In this document: positions 1 to 12,193 of the stretch, piece after piece
How the letters are laid out: the number at the start of each line of letters is the position of its first letter
Position numbering within the stretch: the stretch's first letter is position 1
Source: Takakia lepidozioides
Lineage: Eukaryota; Plantae; Bryophyta
NCBI GenBank assembly: GCA_030704615.1
Contig: CM060731.1
Span: forward strand, 9,672,001-9,736,000
Reading direction: 5' to 3'
DNA: 64,000 bases
Position numbers and translations under genes: made by a program
Notes under the pieces: generated by a model
The model's database searches: none
Told to the model about the DNA's origin: nothing
What the model saw: only the letters and a program-made list of their open reading frames with translations

Positions 1-2720
1 AAACTCCCGGTAACTTGGTAATTTATGATAAATCATGGTAGATCATGATAGATCACGGTAACTTTCAATAACATGATAATTTGGTAATTTTTGGTATTTA
101 CCCCTGATAAGTTCCTCTGGGCTATGTCTGTGACATCACCCCCTCCTCTAGCGTCGAGTTCATCGAGGAGCGGTAAAATCTTAAACTTGCTTAAAATTGG
201 AGAACCTCCCTCTTTATTGTATATCAGATATACTGAATGTGAAGTCTTCATCTTGAAACTAACTTGGCTGACATCATCGTTGTGACGTGTAGCTCGGGGC
301 TTAGCTGAATATCGTTGATGAAACTCTTGGACTTTGTCAGATGCATTAGCAAGGTTGGATGAAGGGTCCCACGATCGTTCGCTGATGTCGTATTCTTTCC
401 AATATACGAAATACTCAAGACGTTTATACTGATGCGAGAGTCTAGGACTTCGTCGACTTCATACTCGATTTCCTGATTGACTTCGATTGATGGAGGTGGT
501 GTATGGAGACTCTCCCTGGAATATTCGATGGACGATACAACTCCAATAATAAAACATGAAAAACTGGATGGATACGCATACTTCGTGGGAGTTCAAGCCG
601 AAAACTAACCGGATTTATTTGTCGAATAATTTTGAATAGTCCCAGACGTTGATAATCCAACTTCCTTGATGGTCGCGAGGTTTGTATGTCCCATCAAAGA
701 AGCCACACACGATCTCCGACCTTGAACTGGGGTTGGAGTTGACGATGTTGATCTGCATACTCATTGTATTATTTTTGAGCTTCTACGAGGTGGAATGTAA
801 GCTCCTTGTGAATCGTAGCAAGATGAATAGCAAGATGAATAGCAAGATTTTCTGCAGCAGGGCTTCCAACAGTCTTCGTGTGGAAAGGGTTTGCTCGAGG
901 ATGATGACCATAATTGGAGAAAAATGATGTTTGTTTGGTCGAAGAAAGTATAGTGTTGTTGTAGGCAAACTCAGCCAATGACAGAAGGTCCGTCCAATTA
1001 TTTTGGTGATAATTTATCGTACAGTGAAAATACTGCTCCAAAATCTGGTTTATGCATTCGGTTTGACCATCAGTTTGTGGATGATTAGTTGTAGAGAGAT
1101 TGATCTTAGTATCTAATATGTGAAATAATCCCCTCCAAAAATTTGATATGAACTGTGGTCTTCGATCAGATACGATGTCCTTCGGGAGTCCCTGAATGCG
1201 GTATATATTATTGAGGAAGAGTCTTGCAGTTTTCTCACCGGTAACCGTCTTATTACATGGAATGAAATGTGTCATCTTTGTAAAACGATCTATAATAACA
1301 AGGATTGAATCGGTGGTCTTGGAAATTGAAAGGTCTGTAATAAAGTCCATAGACACGGACGACCATGGACCATTGGGAATGGGTAATGGTTGAAGAAGGC
1401 CGTAAGGTCGATGTCGTGGTCCCTTTGTTATAGCACACGTGTCGCAAGATTTTATAAATTCTTTCACGAGTTTCCACATCTGCGGCCACCAATAGTCCCT
1501 GGATATCAATTCCATTGTTTTGTTGAAGCCGAAATGTCCTGCAGTCGGAGGATCATGACATGTTTGAAGAATTTGCAGTCGTGTAGGTCCTGGAGGTACA
1601 TAGAGAAGTCATTTGAAATAAAGTAAGCCATCTTTGAATTCGAAGTCGTTTGTAACATGTGGGTTGTCTCGAGGTCGATTTAGTTCACTTCGTAGTGTCA
1701 TAGCAAATTGGTCGCTCTTCAGTGCTTCCTGAATCTCTTTTATGATCTCTGCATCGTCATAGGTGGACATTGATAGCATATTCAATTGGAGATTTGTTGG
1801 TTTCAGATGATGGATTTCTATTGGTCAAAAGCTATCTCCCCTTTTTTCGGCGCAAGATACAATCGTCGAGAAAGAGCATCGGGTTTCCCTTGAAGATGTC
1901 CGGGGCGATAGGTAATAACAAAATCAAACCTTGTTAGTGACATACCCCATCTTGCTTGACGTTGATTCAAAACACGAGCACTCATAAATATTCGAGGTTT
2001 TTGTGATCGGTGTCGACAGTGACCTAATGTTTAGCTCCCTCCAATAGGTGACGCCACCCTCTCAAAAGCATCGATGATCCTTATAAGTTATTTGTCATGG
2101 ATTTCATAATTGATCTCTGCAGCGGAAAATTTGCGAGAACGAAAACCAACAGGATGAAGTCGGTCATCCGTACCGTATTGAGAAAGTATAGCGCCAAGTG
2201 CAAAGTCCGATGCATCTGCTTCCAAAAAGAATGATTTAGATGGGTCTGCATGTACATCAGTATTGGGGCCGTTGTAAATGCCTGCTTCAGCCTTTCAAAT
2301 GCCTAATCAGCCTTCTCGTCCCATACAAATTTGTCCTTCCCTGTTAGTCGTGTCAATGGTGCAGCAATTTTGGTAGTAGTCATTGATGAAGATTCTATAA
2401 AATTGCAAATCCCAGAAAACATTGTACATCTCGGACCGAAGTTGGTTTAATCCACTCGATGATGGTTTGTATTTTCTTCTGATCCATAAAGACGTCTTTG
2501 TCGGAAATAATGTAGCCCAGAAATTCGACCTCAGATTGAAGGAAAAATATATTTTTCCAACTTGGCATATAGTCCTCTTTCTCTTAATTATAAAGGACCA
2601 GGCGTACATGGCGGCCATGTTCTTCTTCATTATGTGAAAATATCAAAATGTCATCCCAAATAGATGACTCCAAATTCATCTTAAAATTCTCGAAAGATAT
2701 CATCATCATATGTTGGAAAA
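1..2720 (-). mobile_element. Ty3/gypsy chromovirus (Tcn1-like) 3' half: RT-RNaseH-integrase-chromodomain, PPT and start of 3' LTR; degenerate
   Basis: Minus strand: RT (FQHMM.DIFREF..VIYL.DILIF near 2640-2720), RNaseH ([15 protein letters not shown]), integrase ORF 769-1515 (PWSSVSMDFITDL, IVSDR..QF, HPQTDGQTE), GPY/F module (IHPVFHV), chromodomain ([18 protein letters not shown]), polypurine tract AGAGGAGGGGGTGA, then LTR starting TGTCACAGAC at 135 and running out of the window. Several stops and frameshifts. Confidence 0.93.
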
Positions 2721-5700
2721 TATGGCAGAACCAGAAATGGTCTTCAACTTTGTGGCGGGACTGGCCCCATGGGCCAGGTGGAAGTTGGAGGAGAAGCCAC
2801 CTAAGACTTTGAACGAGGCAATTGAAAGGGCTAAATGTTTATCGGATGTCCCTAGGTGCGAAAGACAAGGCCGTACAGAGCTGAACCACAAGAAGACCCG
2901 GCGGGAGGGTGACTCCTTCTGACCGGAAAAGAAGTGGGATAGGCCATGTAGCAACAATGACACATGGAAATCGAGGGGAGGGCCTTCACACGTCAAGGCG
3001 GCACCGGTGCTCCAAAAGGAAAATCAGGTGCGGCGGTTTGTGGCGGACAGAAGGCGACCTTCGATGGAGTGTGCTTTAATTGCGGGGAGCCCGGGCACAT
3101 GGCTTAGAAGTGCGTGAAACCCCGACAATAAACATGACTCGGGCACCACGGAGCTGTCCGAAGATTCCATCAGCCGCTTGGTGGAAGCGGTGGTCGCCAA
3201 GACTTGCAAGGTAGACAACTACTCTTTGTGAGTTGTACCAGGAGACTGGCCCTTGCGTAAAGGGCGTCAGTTAATGTTCGTGAGTGGGATAATTTCCTGA
3301 ACTAACGTGTTGTTGGTGGACACAGGAGCGTCGCACTTCATGACACCGGCAACGGCACGGAAGCTGGGGCTCCCGACAAGTAATGTGGGGGGCCTCCATT
3401 GAAATGCGTTCGGCCAAAGGAGAACACAATGGCACAACGAGGTTGGCGTTCGATGTTCCTCTTCAGCTTGGGAGTTGGGAGGGATGTGAGAACTTCACCA
3501 TTTGCGAGATCGATGGAGTGGATCTCATTTTGGGGATGACCTTTTGAGCAAATCCAGAGCGGTCATAGATGGCCGCAAGAGATAGTCACGCTACGTGTGT
3601 GGGGATGGTGGCGAAGTTTTACGAGTGTCGAAAACGTCAACGAGTGGGAGGGCAAATAAACCTGCTGACAGCAAAGGAGTAGGTCGTGGAGGAGCCACAC
3701 GAGCCCCAGTTTTGCTTTACGTAAGACAAGAGGAAAGAGAAGGCGATAGGGAGGCGAGCCCAGATTGGACCAAGGGGATCTTGGAGAAATACCAAGATGA
3801 GATGCGGGAGGATTTCCAAGCGCTTACCACCGCGAAGAGGAGTAGACCACAAGATAAGGTGATACCAGGATCAAAGCCGCCTGCCAAGGCGCCTACCGGT
3901 TTGAGCCACAGGAGTTGGTCGAGCTAAAGGCTCAGCTCAAAGATCTAATGTGAAAGGGGTACATCCGGCCGAATAAGTCACCTTACGGAGCCCCGGTGCT
4001 ATTCGCAGACAAAAAAGGATGGGACGCTGCGAATGTGTGTCGATTACAGGGCTTTGAATAAGGTGACTATCAAAAACCGGTACCCTGCCAAGGATCAACG
4101 ACCTCTTCGATCGGTTGGCAGGAGCGAAGTATTTCAGCCGGATCAATTGCGCTTCGGCTACCATAAAATACGAGTGGCAGAAGGAGATGAGGAGAAGACC
4201 GCGTGCAGGACAAGATATGGTTCATATGAGTTCTTGGAATGCCTTTTGGGCTCACCAATGTACCCGCAACCTTTAGCACGCTAATGACTAGCCTTTTCCA
4301 GGAGTGGTTGGATGACTTTGTGATCGTGTACATTGATGACATCTTGATGTACTCGAAAACGAAGGAAGAAGAGCACTTGGAGCATCTCAAAGGGTGTTCT
4401 AGAAATTGCGGGAGGGAAGTTGTATGCCAAAGCTTCAAAGTGCGAATTCGGGGTCACAAAAGTGGAGTTCCTAGGGCATGTGATTACACAGGATGGGATC
4501 AAAATGGATGACAGAAAGGTGAGGGCAATATTGGACTGGGAGCCTCCGACTTCGGTCCCGGAGGAGTGCGATCCTTCCTAGGACTCGCCTCCATTAACGA
4601 AAGTATGTGAGAAATTTTGCCAAGATTGCGGGGCCGCTGTCAGACCTTTTGTGTAAGTCCAAGGTATGGGTATGGAACACCTTAATGGCCAAGCTTTTGT
4701 CGAGTTGAAGCAGCGGATGGCGGGGAAGCTCCACTCCTGAAAATCCCGGGGTTCGACCATCCATTGGAGATTCATACAGATGCGTCGGACTCGCAATTGG
4801 GGGTGTACTCATGCAGGATGGACTCCAGTGGCTTACGAAAGTAAGAAACTGTATGAAGTGGAGGCGACGGTGGCCTACGCACGAGAAAGAAATGAAGGCG
4901 GTGATGCATTGCCTTGAGCTGCGCCACTATGTTGGTTCCAAACCAGTGAAGGTGTTCACGAAACATGTCACGGTGAAGTATTTTTGCCACGCAGCCTAAG
5001 TTGTCCCCAAAATAACTTAGGTAGCAAGACACTTTGGCGGTGTCGACATGGATATCTAGTACAAACCGGGACGAGACAATGTGGTGGCCGATGCTTTAAG
5101 TAGAAAACAACAGCTCATGTTGGTGTACAGGGGCGAGGCGGTGCTCCAAAAGAAGATCCGGAAGGCTTACCGGAAGGATGAGATGACGAAGTCCGTGATG
5201 CGGGACTTGGGATGGGGTTTTAAATCGCAGTTTCACTTGCATAATGACTGCTCCGGTACAAGCAAAAGCGCCTCTACGTGCCCGAAGGGAGGGATCAGAG
5301 ATAGTCTCCTGAGAGAATGCCACGATGGCCCGCTTGCGGCACACGGCGGAGCCAGGCCCGCGCGGCACTCTTGCAAAAAAAGTATTTCTGGCCCAAACTG
5401 AGGGAGGGAGGCCAAAGGAGTATGTCAAGACATGCCACCACATACCAAAAACTAGGTGAGTACAAAAAGCAGCGGGGCTGTTTGTTACAACCCTTGCCGA
5501 TTCCAGAGGGGGTCTTGGAAAGTGTCTCGATGGATTGCATGACCTATGCCGCCTTTCTGTCAAAAGGATTGATGCAATCATGGTGGTGGTGGATAGTGTT
5601 CAGTAAGATGGGCCATTTTCATTCCCCACCAATTAATTGCCTTCCAGGTTGTTCATAGGTACATCTACACCAAGACCAAGGAAGTATCTAGTATTGTCAT

Positions 5701-6717
5701 GGCTGTGGATTATACTATGTTTGGATGTTTCATGCGCGTTATCACATGAGCAGCAGAGATGCAATCATGATTTCTGAGTTATTCCAGGGGGATCATGGGT
5801 CTTACCTTCATTCCACCCCATATGTATCTGTATGATGCGAAAGTCATGATGCAGAAGGATTCCTAGCCTTCGTTCATGGTTTAACTTGCTTGGAACAACT
5901 GGCCACAGAGAAATTGGGCCCTGATGAATTTTTCTATAAGGGACATGAAGCCTGGAAATACTTATACTGTTCCAAAGTCATTGGCACACCTTTATCTATA
6001 CGGCCAAGGAGTTCAGGAGTTCACTCATTTTGCTTGTAAGCGATTAAGTAAGTAGTACAGTTTAAGATTCCTGACATGGTTGGGCGAACACTGTATGTCA
6101 CCGCAGGATCCTGAGGAGCAACTTAAAGTTCGGCCAGTGAAACACCTCAGGGGGGAAGATGATTCTGATGATATACGGAGTTCAGTGGAGGGCGATTTGG
6201 ACATGGCGGAGGAGTGATGAATTAGCAATGGCGGACAAAAGACGACGGGGATCTCCTATACCACACATTTACCCTTTTTCTCAAACTAACACAGGGTTGC
6301 AGTTCCCGCTAGTCCGCATTCATCTCCATCAGCCAGATGACAGGGCTCGAGCTCGCACACAGAGACCTTCAAGGAGACTCTCACCGACCAACAAAAGGGT
6401 GCCGCTCACAAAGGTTTGCTGATCCTAAAAATAATAAAACCGTGAGGACACGACTTTTTGAGAGGGAGGAGTAATGTTAGAGGGCTGTCTGGGACTTAGA
6501 CACTTTTATGGGTTCTGGGGGACCCTTAATTTTTGCGCAGACTTACGGATGTAGGACTTAGACCAACAGAGGCCTTAGGGGTGACAAACACATGTTTAGG
6601 GGGTGGTAGAACAGGCTCACACTCAGTCACGGTCTACAACAAACAAAGGGTTCGTACACAGCCTATCATAGTCTATCACAAAACCATACACAGACTACAC
6701 AGTCCGACACAGCCTTA
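2721..6717 (+). mobile_element. Second Ty3/gypsy element, degenerate (gag-PR-RT-RH-partial IN), with PPT and 3' LTR running into the gap
   Basis: Zn knuckle CFNCGEPGHMA*KC (~3070), protease LVDTGASH (~3315), [14 protein letters not shown] and [10 protein letters not shown] (4030-4355), RNaseH HTDASD, integrase CHDGPLAAHGG and LLQPLPIPE..ESVSMD (5320-5540). Integrase breaks off at ~5630. PPT GAGAGGGAGGAGTAA (6460-6474) precedes LTR start TGTTAG at 6475. Confidence 0.9.
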
Positions 6718-7217
6718 NNNNNNNNNNNNNNNNNNNNNNNNNNNNNNNNNNNNNNNNNNNNNNNNNNNNNNNNNNNNNNNNNNNNNNNNNNNNNNNNNNN
6801 NNNNNNNNNNNNNNNNNNNNNNNNNNNNNNNNNNNNNNNNNNNNNNNNNNNNNNNNNNNNNNNNNNNNNNNNNNNNNNNNNNNNNNNNNNNNNNNNNNNN
6901 NNNNNNNNNNNNNNNNNNNNNNNNNNNNNNNNNNNNNNNNNNNNNNNNNNNNNNNNNNNNNNNNNNNNNNNNNNNNNNNNNNNNNNNNNNNNNNNNNNNN
7001 NNNNNNNNNNNNNNNNNNNNNNNNNNNNNNNNNNNNNNNNNNNNNNNNNNNNNNNNNNNNNNNNNNNNNNNNNNNNNNNNNNNNNNNNNNNNNNNNNNNN
7101 NNNNNNNNNNNNNNNNNNNNNNNNNNNNNNNNNNNNNNNNNNNNNNNNNNNNNNNNNNNNNNNNNNNNNNNNNNNNNNNNNNNNNNNNNNNNNNNNNNNN
7201 NNNNNNNNNNNNNNNNN
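6718..7217. other. Assembly gap (500 N)
   Basis: Run of N. Confidence 1.
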
Positions 7218-9126
7218 ACTCACATCAATGTCATTGGTCAAGTTCTTAATTAGTTTTATTTTCTAACATTACACCCATATTTCATTCAACAGAGTCATAT
7301 TTTCTGAAAAAATTTGAACTTATATGGCACTGGGCGTTTAACCCTTAAAGTCTTCCTACAGATAGAGTTTTGGGCCCTTAAAATTTCCTACTCTTGGACA
7401 GTATAAGCAAGCTACCTACTTGCTATAGTACATCCAAAATATGAACCTAATTATAAATCAGTTGCTACCTACCACATACATCCATCTACCAATTACAAAG
7501 AATTCCACCACAAGAATCTTAAGATTATAGTGCTTTGGTAGGGGTTGTTTATTTTGGAGAAATTTGAGAAACCTGCAATGTTAGGTTTGACCAAGAAATG
7601 GCAGTATGGGGTTGATTTTTGCTGGCCCCCCCATACCTATGGCCATATCCTATTCCAAGGTATGCAATCACGCACAAAATTCATGCTAAAATGCGATGCT
7701 ACATGCTCCTTTGTATATATTCTTGGGGGGGGGTTCAAAACACCTACGTAGCTGAAAGCTTGAAAATGGAGACCTCCATGCACACAAAACACATAAAATT
7801 TGTGAGTTTTGGAAATTCCTTTGGTGAGACTTATGCAATGTGGCATAGAAAGTGATTTGCCAAGAAATTTATGAAGTTCAAGCAAAAAACAAGTGTAGCT
7901 AGATCATCATTTATGTTGAAAATAAAACTTGCCTGAAGCCGGTGGATTTTTTGCCACCTCAGGCAAGACTTTCCAGCTAGGTTGGAAGGGTCATGTCACC
8001 CACACACCTCAACAATTCATGGGTGTCCCTCATCGGTGTGTGCAATGTGAACCCCTAAGGTAGAAGAAACCTAAAATGGAGCACATCCCGAAATGGACCC
8101 CTAGAAAAATACATAAAACTAACCATATGCGATCTCTAAAAGGTGCTTTTGATCACAAGTGGTCCACATTAGGTTGTGTGGTGGGCCAGAATGGAAATGC
8201 AATGAACCCTTTTAACTCATACATGATCATGATGACACCACTAATGGACAAATTAATAACCACCGGCGCGCACTTTGAGAGAAGTATCAAGTCATGAATG
8301 AGTGGAGACATGAAGAATGAATCCAAACATGCATGAGAGGGGATCACATTCCGTGATCAATGATCCCGATTGAGTTTAATCTAGATCAACGATCCAGGAT
8401 TGAGTTTCATCGAGATGGACCTTGAGCTCAGTTTCCTTAAGGTGGGAGGTTATTTTAGGTTAGTAAATGGTTATGTTAATTGAATGACCATGTTACTATG
8501 TTGTTTAATCAATAAAGTGAAAGATGACACATAATTTTTGGGCACATGTGGCTCCAGACACAGTGTTGTTCAAAATAGTACCCCCTACTGGTCCATTCAA
8601 GGATTTTATGATTTCACATTGAATATTCACCAATATTGCAAAATAATTCGGATATTATTTTTTTCTTCTTATTTTGCATAAATTTCATTTCTTTGTGCCC
8701 ACATCAGAAAAAAATATATACGAGGACATTGCCCACACCTGGTACTGCACACATTTATTAAAGGGTGCATTTTAGGTATTTCTACCTTAATGAGGTAGCC
8801 TACATAGCCCATAGGATAGACTGCCACACAGTCCACCGCAGATTTTGCATTGCAAGGGAGTATGCGACTTGCCACATCGATGGTCAATCAACGGTTGGGG
8901 CCCAAATCTGGGACCCCACCATTTTCTAAAAATCCTACGTGTTGGAGATTTCTTTTTTCTTGGCTGGACAGGATGAATCAGGTTGCAGGCTATAAATTGC
9001 TTTAGGAATGGATGAATTCCATCCACATCCGCAAAAGTTACAAAGTCATCAGGTCGGGTTGTTGCTGGATTGCATATTAAAGGGTGAGTCACAATCCCAT
9101 TTCCCTCCACAACCATTGCTCATAGG

Positions 9127-9720
9127 ATGGAACTGATGATGGACAAGAATGTCCTCCTGGCATTGGTAAAAATTAATCTGGTCCTCATGCAATACATACG
9201 TGATCAATTTCTAGAGTTGTTTGGATTAGGACATTGTCCACCAATTTTGCATATGGAGGCACTGCTTTTGCAAGACCATAATATGGAGGAGGACGAAGAT
9301 GATAGTACCTTTGAGGAATGCATCCAACAACCATTTGAACCTCAACACTCTCTTCATGATCAAATATTTCAAGCCTAAAGGTTCTATTTTGTTTAGGATG
9401 TGGATGAAGCACAGGTCTAGAGCGTGGTTTCAAGCTTTCTCTTGGAGTATGATGACGATCAATGGCTCATAATTATGAAAATGAATTAGAGGACCTTCAA
9501 CTGGCTTTGCAATGTGCTTGCTCCTTGGATTTCTATGCAGGACACTAACTATCGCAAGGCTTTATTTATTCCCATGCGAGTTGGGGTTGTATATTGTACA
9601 AATTAATATGGGCAGCAAATACCGCTGAAATGATAGAGGCATTCGGGATTGGTGCGTCTTCATTATATGACCTTTTAACGTCAAGTTGTACCCGTCATTA
9701 TGTCTGCATTAGGGCACCAC
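9127..9720 (+). pseudogene. PIF/Harbinger transposase N-terminal fragment
   Basis: Translates across stops as RSRAWFQAFLLEYDDDQW..MKMN*RTFNWLCNVL....MQDTNYRKAL..PMRVGV..(fs)..EAFGIGASS, the typical pre-DDE helix-turn-helix region of Harbinger transposases. No DDE core follows. Confidence 0.65.
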
Positions 9721-11329
9721 CTTCACTGGCAAGCTAGCGACACCCTAAGAACATCCAATTTAGTTCATGGATGTGTGAGCTGGGATTTGGATAACCGCTA
9801 GTGCAAGGACTCCAAGTGCTTTTATCAAGATGCTTGGGAGCATCCATTAATCTATTGTCAAGAGGTCATTCTCATGTGCTAGTTAGTAAATTCTCTCCCC
9901 TCTCTGCATATTGGTGGGTTGTCTGACTTGAAGCTCGAGTAGAGTTGTCATGGCAACTGACCACACTGATAACAAAGGCAACTCCTCACGCATGCAGAAA
10001 ATTATGGAGTAAAAGAGCATGTTATATCACAATGTACAGAGTTTCAAAATGTACAAATGTATATGGTAATTGTTTGAAATTCCTTGGAAGTGCCTCTATG
10101 ATGGAGACTACCCATGTTGACAAAATCAACGGATCAAGGCTTCAGGCACGCTATAGTAACAATACAATAAAAAAATAATTTACAGTAAAAAATAGTTCAT
10201 TACTTGGTCAAAACAAACTCATCCAAAGCTTAGGCATCAGTATCAATATTCAAGCTGTTAAGCATTCTGAACTTTGTCAAAAATAATAGAAACTGAACTA
10301 ATGATTGCATCTCTGTCTATCCATTTACTATCTGTTACATCATACTTGAATTTAAGGCACTGCCCTCTAGATTTCGAGAAATAATTAAGAGGATCATTAC
10401 TGTTGTTGTTGGTTTATCGAAACGATCTATTGGCTGCAGAAATATCCTCCACCCTAAACTCAAACTCCCGTGTGAACCAAATGTCATCAATAGTCAAGTC
10501 CCCAAATCCAAATCTAGCCCACCTGATAAACCAATAACTAGACGACATGTGTCCCAAACTTGATCACCTTTCTGTTCAGAGCCAAAGCACCCGCTCTAAC
10601 CTTAAATGAGGAAGAAAAACTCAATGAAGACAAGAAGCGCCGGGGCCTAGATTTTAAAACTGCTTGAGAGTGTATAGAAGTCTTGTGCTGATCTAGTAGT
10701 AATACAACAAACATACATTGACATTGGAAAAATAATAGTTGAGCAGTCTTGTTTAAGAACAACGATGGATATTTCTGCATTTTGCAAACCCTTAGCTAGT
10801 GGAAGCCACAAATGCGGCCCTACAAAGTCAATCAAGCTTGGTTAAGGAATGAGTTAAACCAAATGGATTGCTTACAACTTTACTGCTAATGAGCTTATCC
10901 AAATATTGAGGGGCACATGCAACCATATCCCTTGGAGAAGGGAAAATACGCAGATTTGCAAACCCATTAATAATCCAAGCAAAAAAACAAGAAGCTATTG
11001 TAGTTATGTTTCTGCACTAGAAAAAATCAATGTCCTCTTGCCAAACATGATGCAGAAGCTCGTAAAACTGCCACCTAGGTGTATCACTTGGACCCCCCAG
11101 TCAGGCGTAAGATAGAAATGCAACAAGGCAGAGAGGAGAGTTGAAGAGTGAGTCTCGAAATTGAAAATAAACCGCATGCGTATGCTGCCCGAAGTGACTC
11201 GTGGAGCATTCAAGCATGCTCGCAGATTATGCACAACAAATTCGATACCACAACCTAAGTTAGCTATGGAAGGTAGTAGGCCTTTGCGGGGGTGAAGCGA
11301 CCAGTGACACCATAATTTGGGCTTACTTG

Positions 11330-11490
11330 GGCAAGAGTCTTCCTTGGCTTCTCCTCTCTAGGCAAATCAACCATTGAGCAAGTGCTCTCTTAGGCAAGGG
11401 TCTTCCTTGGCTTCCCCTCTCAAATCAACTATAGATCAAGTGCTCTCTTAGGCCTCTCTTAGGCAAGGGTCTTCCCTGGCTTCTCCTCCC
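11330..11490. repeat. ~60-bp tandem repeat, about 2.5 copies
   Basis: Unit GGCAAG(A/G)GTCTTCC(T/C)TGGCTTC..CTC..CAAATCAAC..CAAGTGCTCTCTTA repeated. Confidence 0.85.
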
Positions 11491-12193
11491 TCAGTAGTCA
11501 ATTCAACCAAATATTGTTTCTGTTGATGGTTACTACAAGTTGACAATCTTGAACAAGGACCCTAAGAGACCCAGAGCAGGAATCACGGTGCACAGGAGGA
11601 TGGCATCGGGAGAGTGCATGTGAGAGAGGGTGGATTGAATATCCACAACACTGCCTTTATTACGTGCTCGTGTGGATTAGGTTCGGGACTCTCAAGCCCG
11701 GATGGTTGCACTTGTTGGCGGTGATTGGTTTTGAAAATTCTGAAACCTGTACAGTGGATGTCGGTAAACAGCTGGCTAACAATCTTGGATTTAGACGGTG
11801 ATGAGTGGTCCACGGAGCTTGTCCTAGAAATAGTCCGGGATGCATGCGGGATGGGCCCAACCTGAGTGAGGTGGCCTGCACCTGCACAGCAGAGGGCAGC
11901 TAGACAGCCGTAAACGTGTATGTATCTCTGCCCTGTCTGGAAGCATCTCCTGAGAGCGTGTGGTTTGTACTTGGGTTGGATAGAGAGGCAGAGCAGACTT
12001 CTGCAGTAAGTTTGCAGCTATTAGGGAGATATCTGAAGATCCCAAGCAGGAATACAAAGTGTTTGCGTTTTCCCTTGGACTTGTTTCCTCAGTGGGCTTG
12101 CACTGTCAGTAGTCAAAAGCAATTGGAAGGAAGTGAGGGAGAGCGGACGAGGACTCAAACTTGTGGTGTATTAGTACATAAGGTGCTGCAAAC

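Noticed and set aside
6533-7249. 238-aa and 191-aa ORFs
   Set aside because: Artefacts of the N gap.
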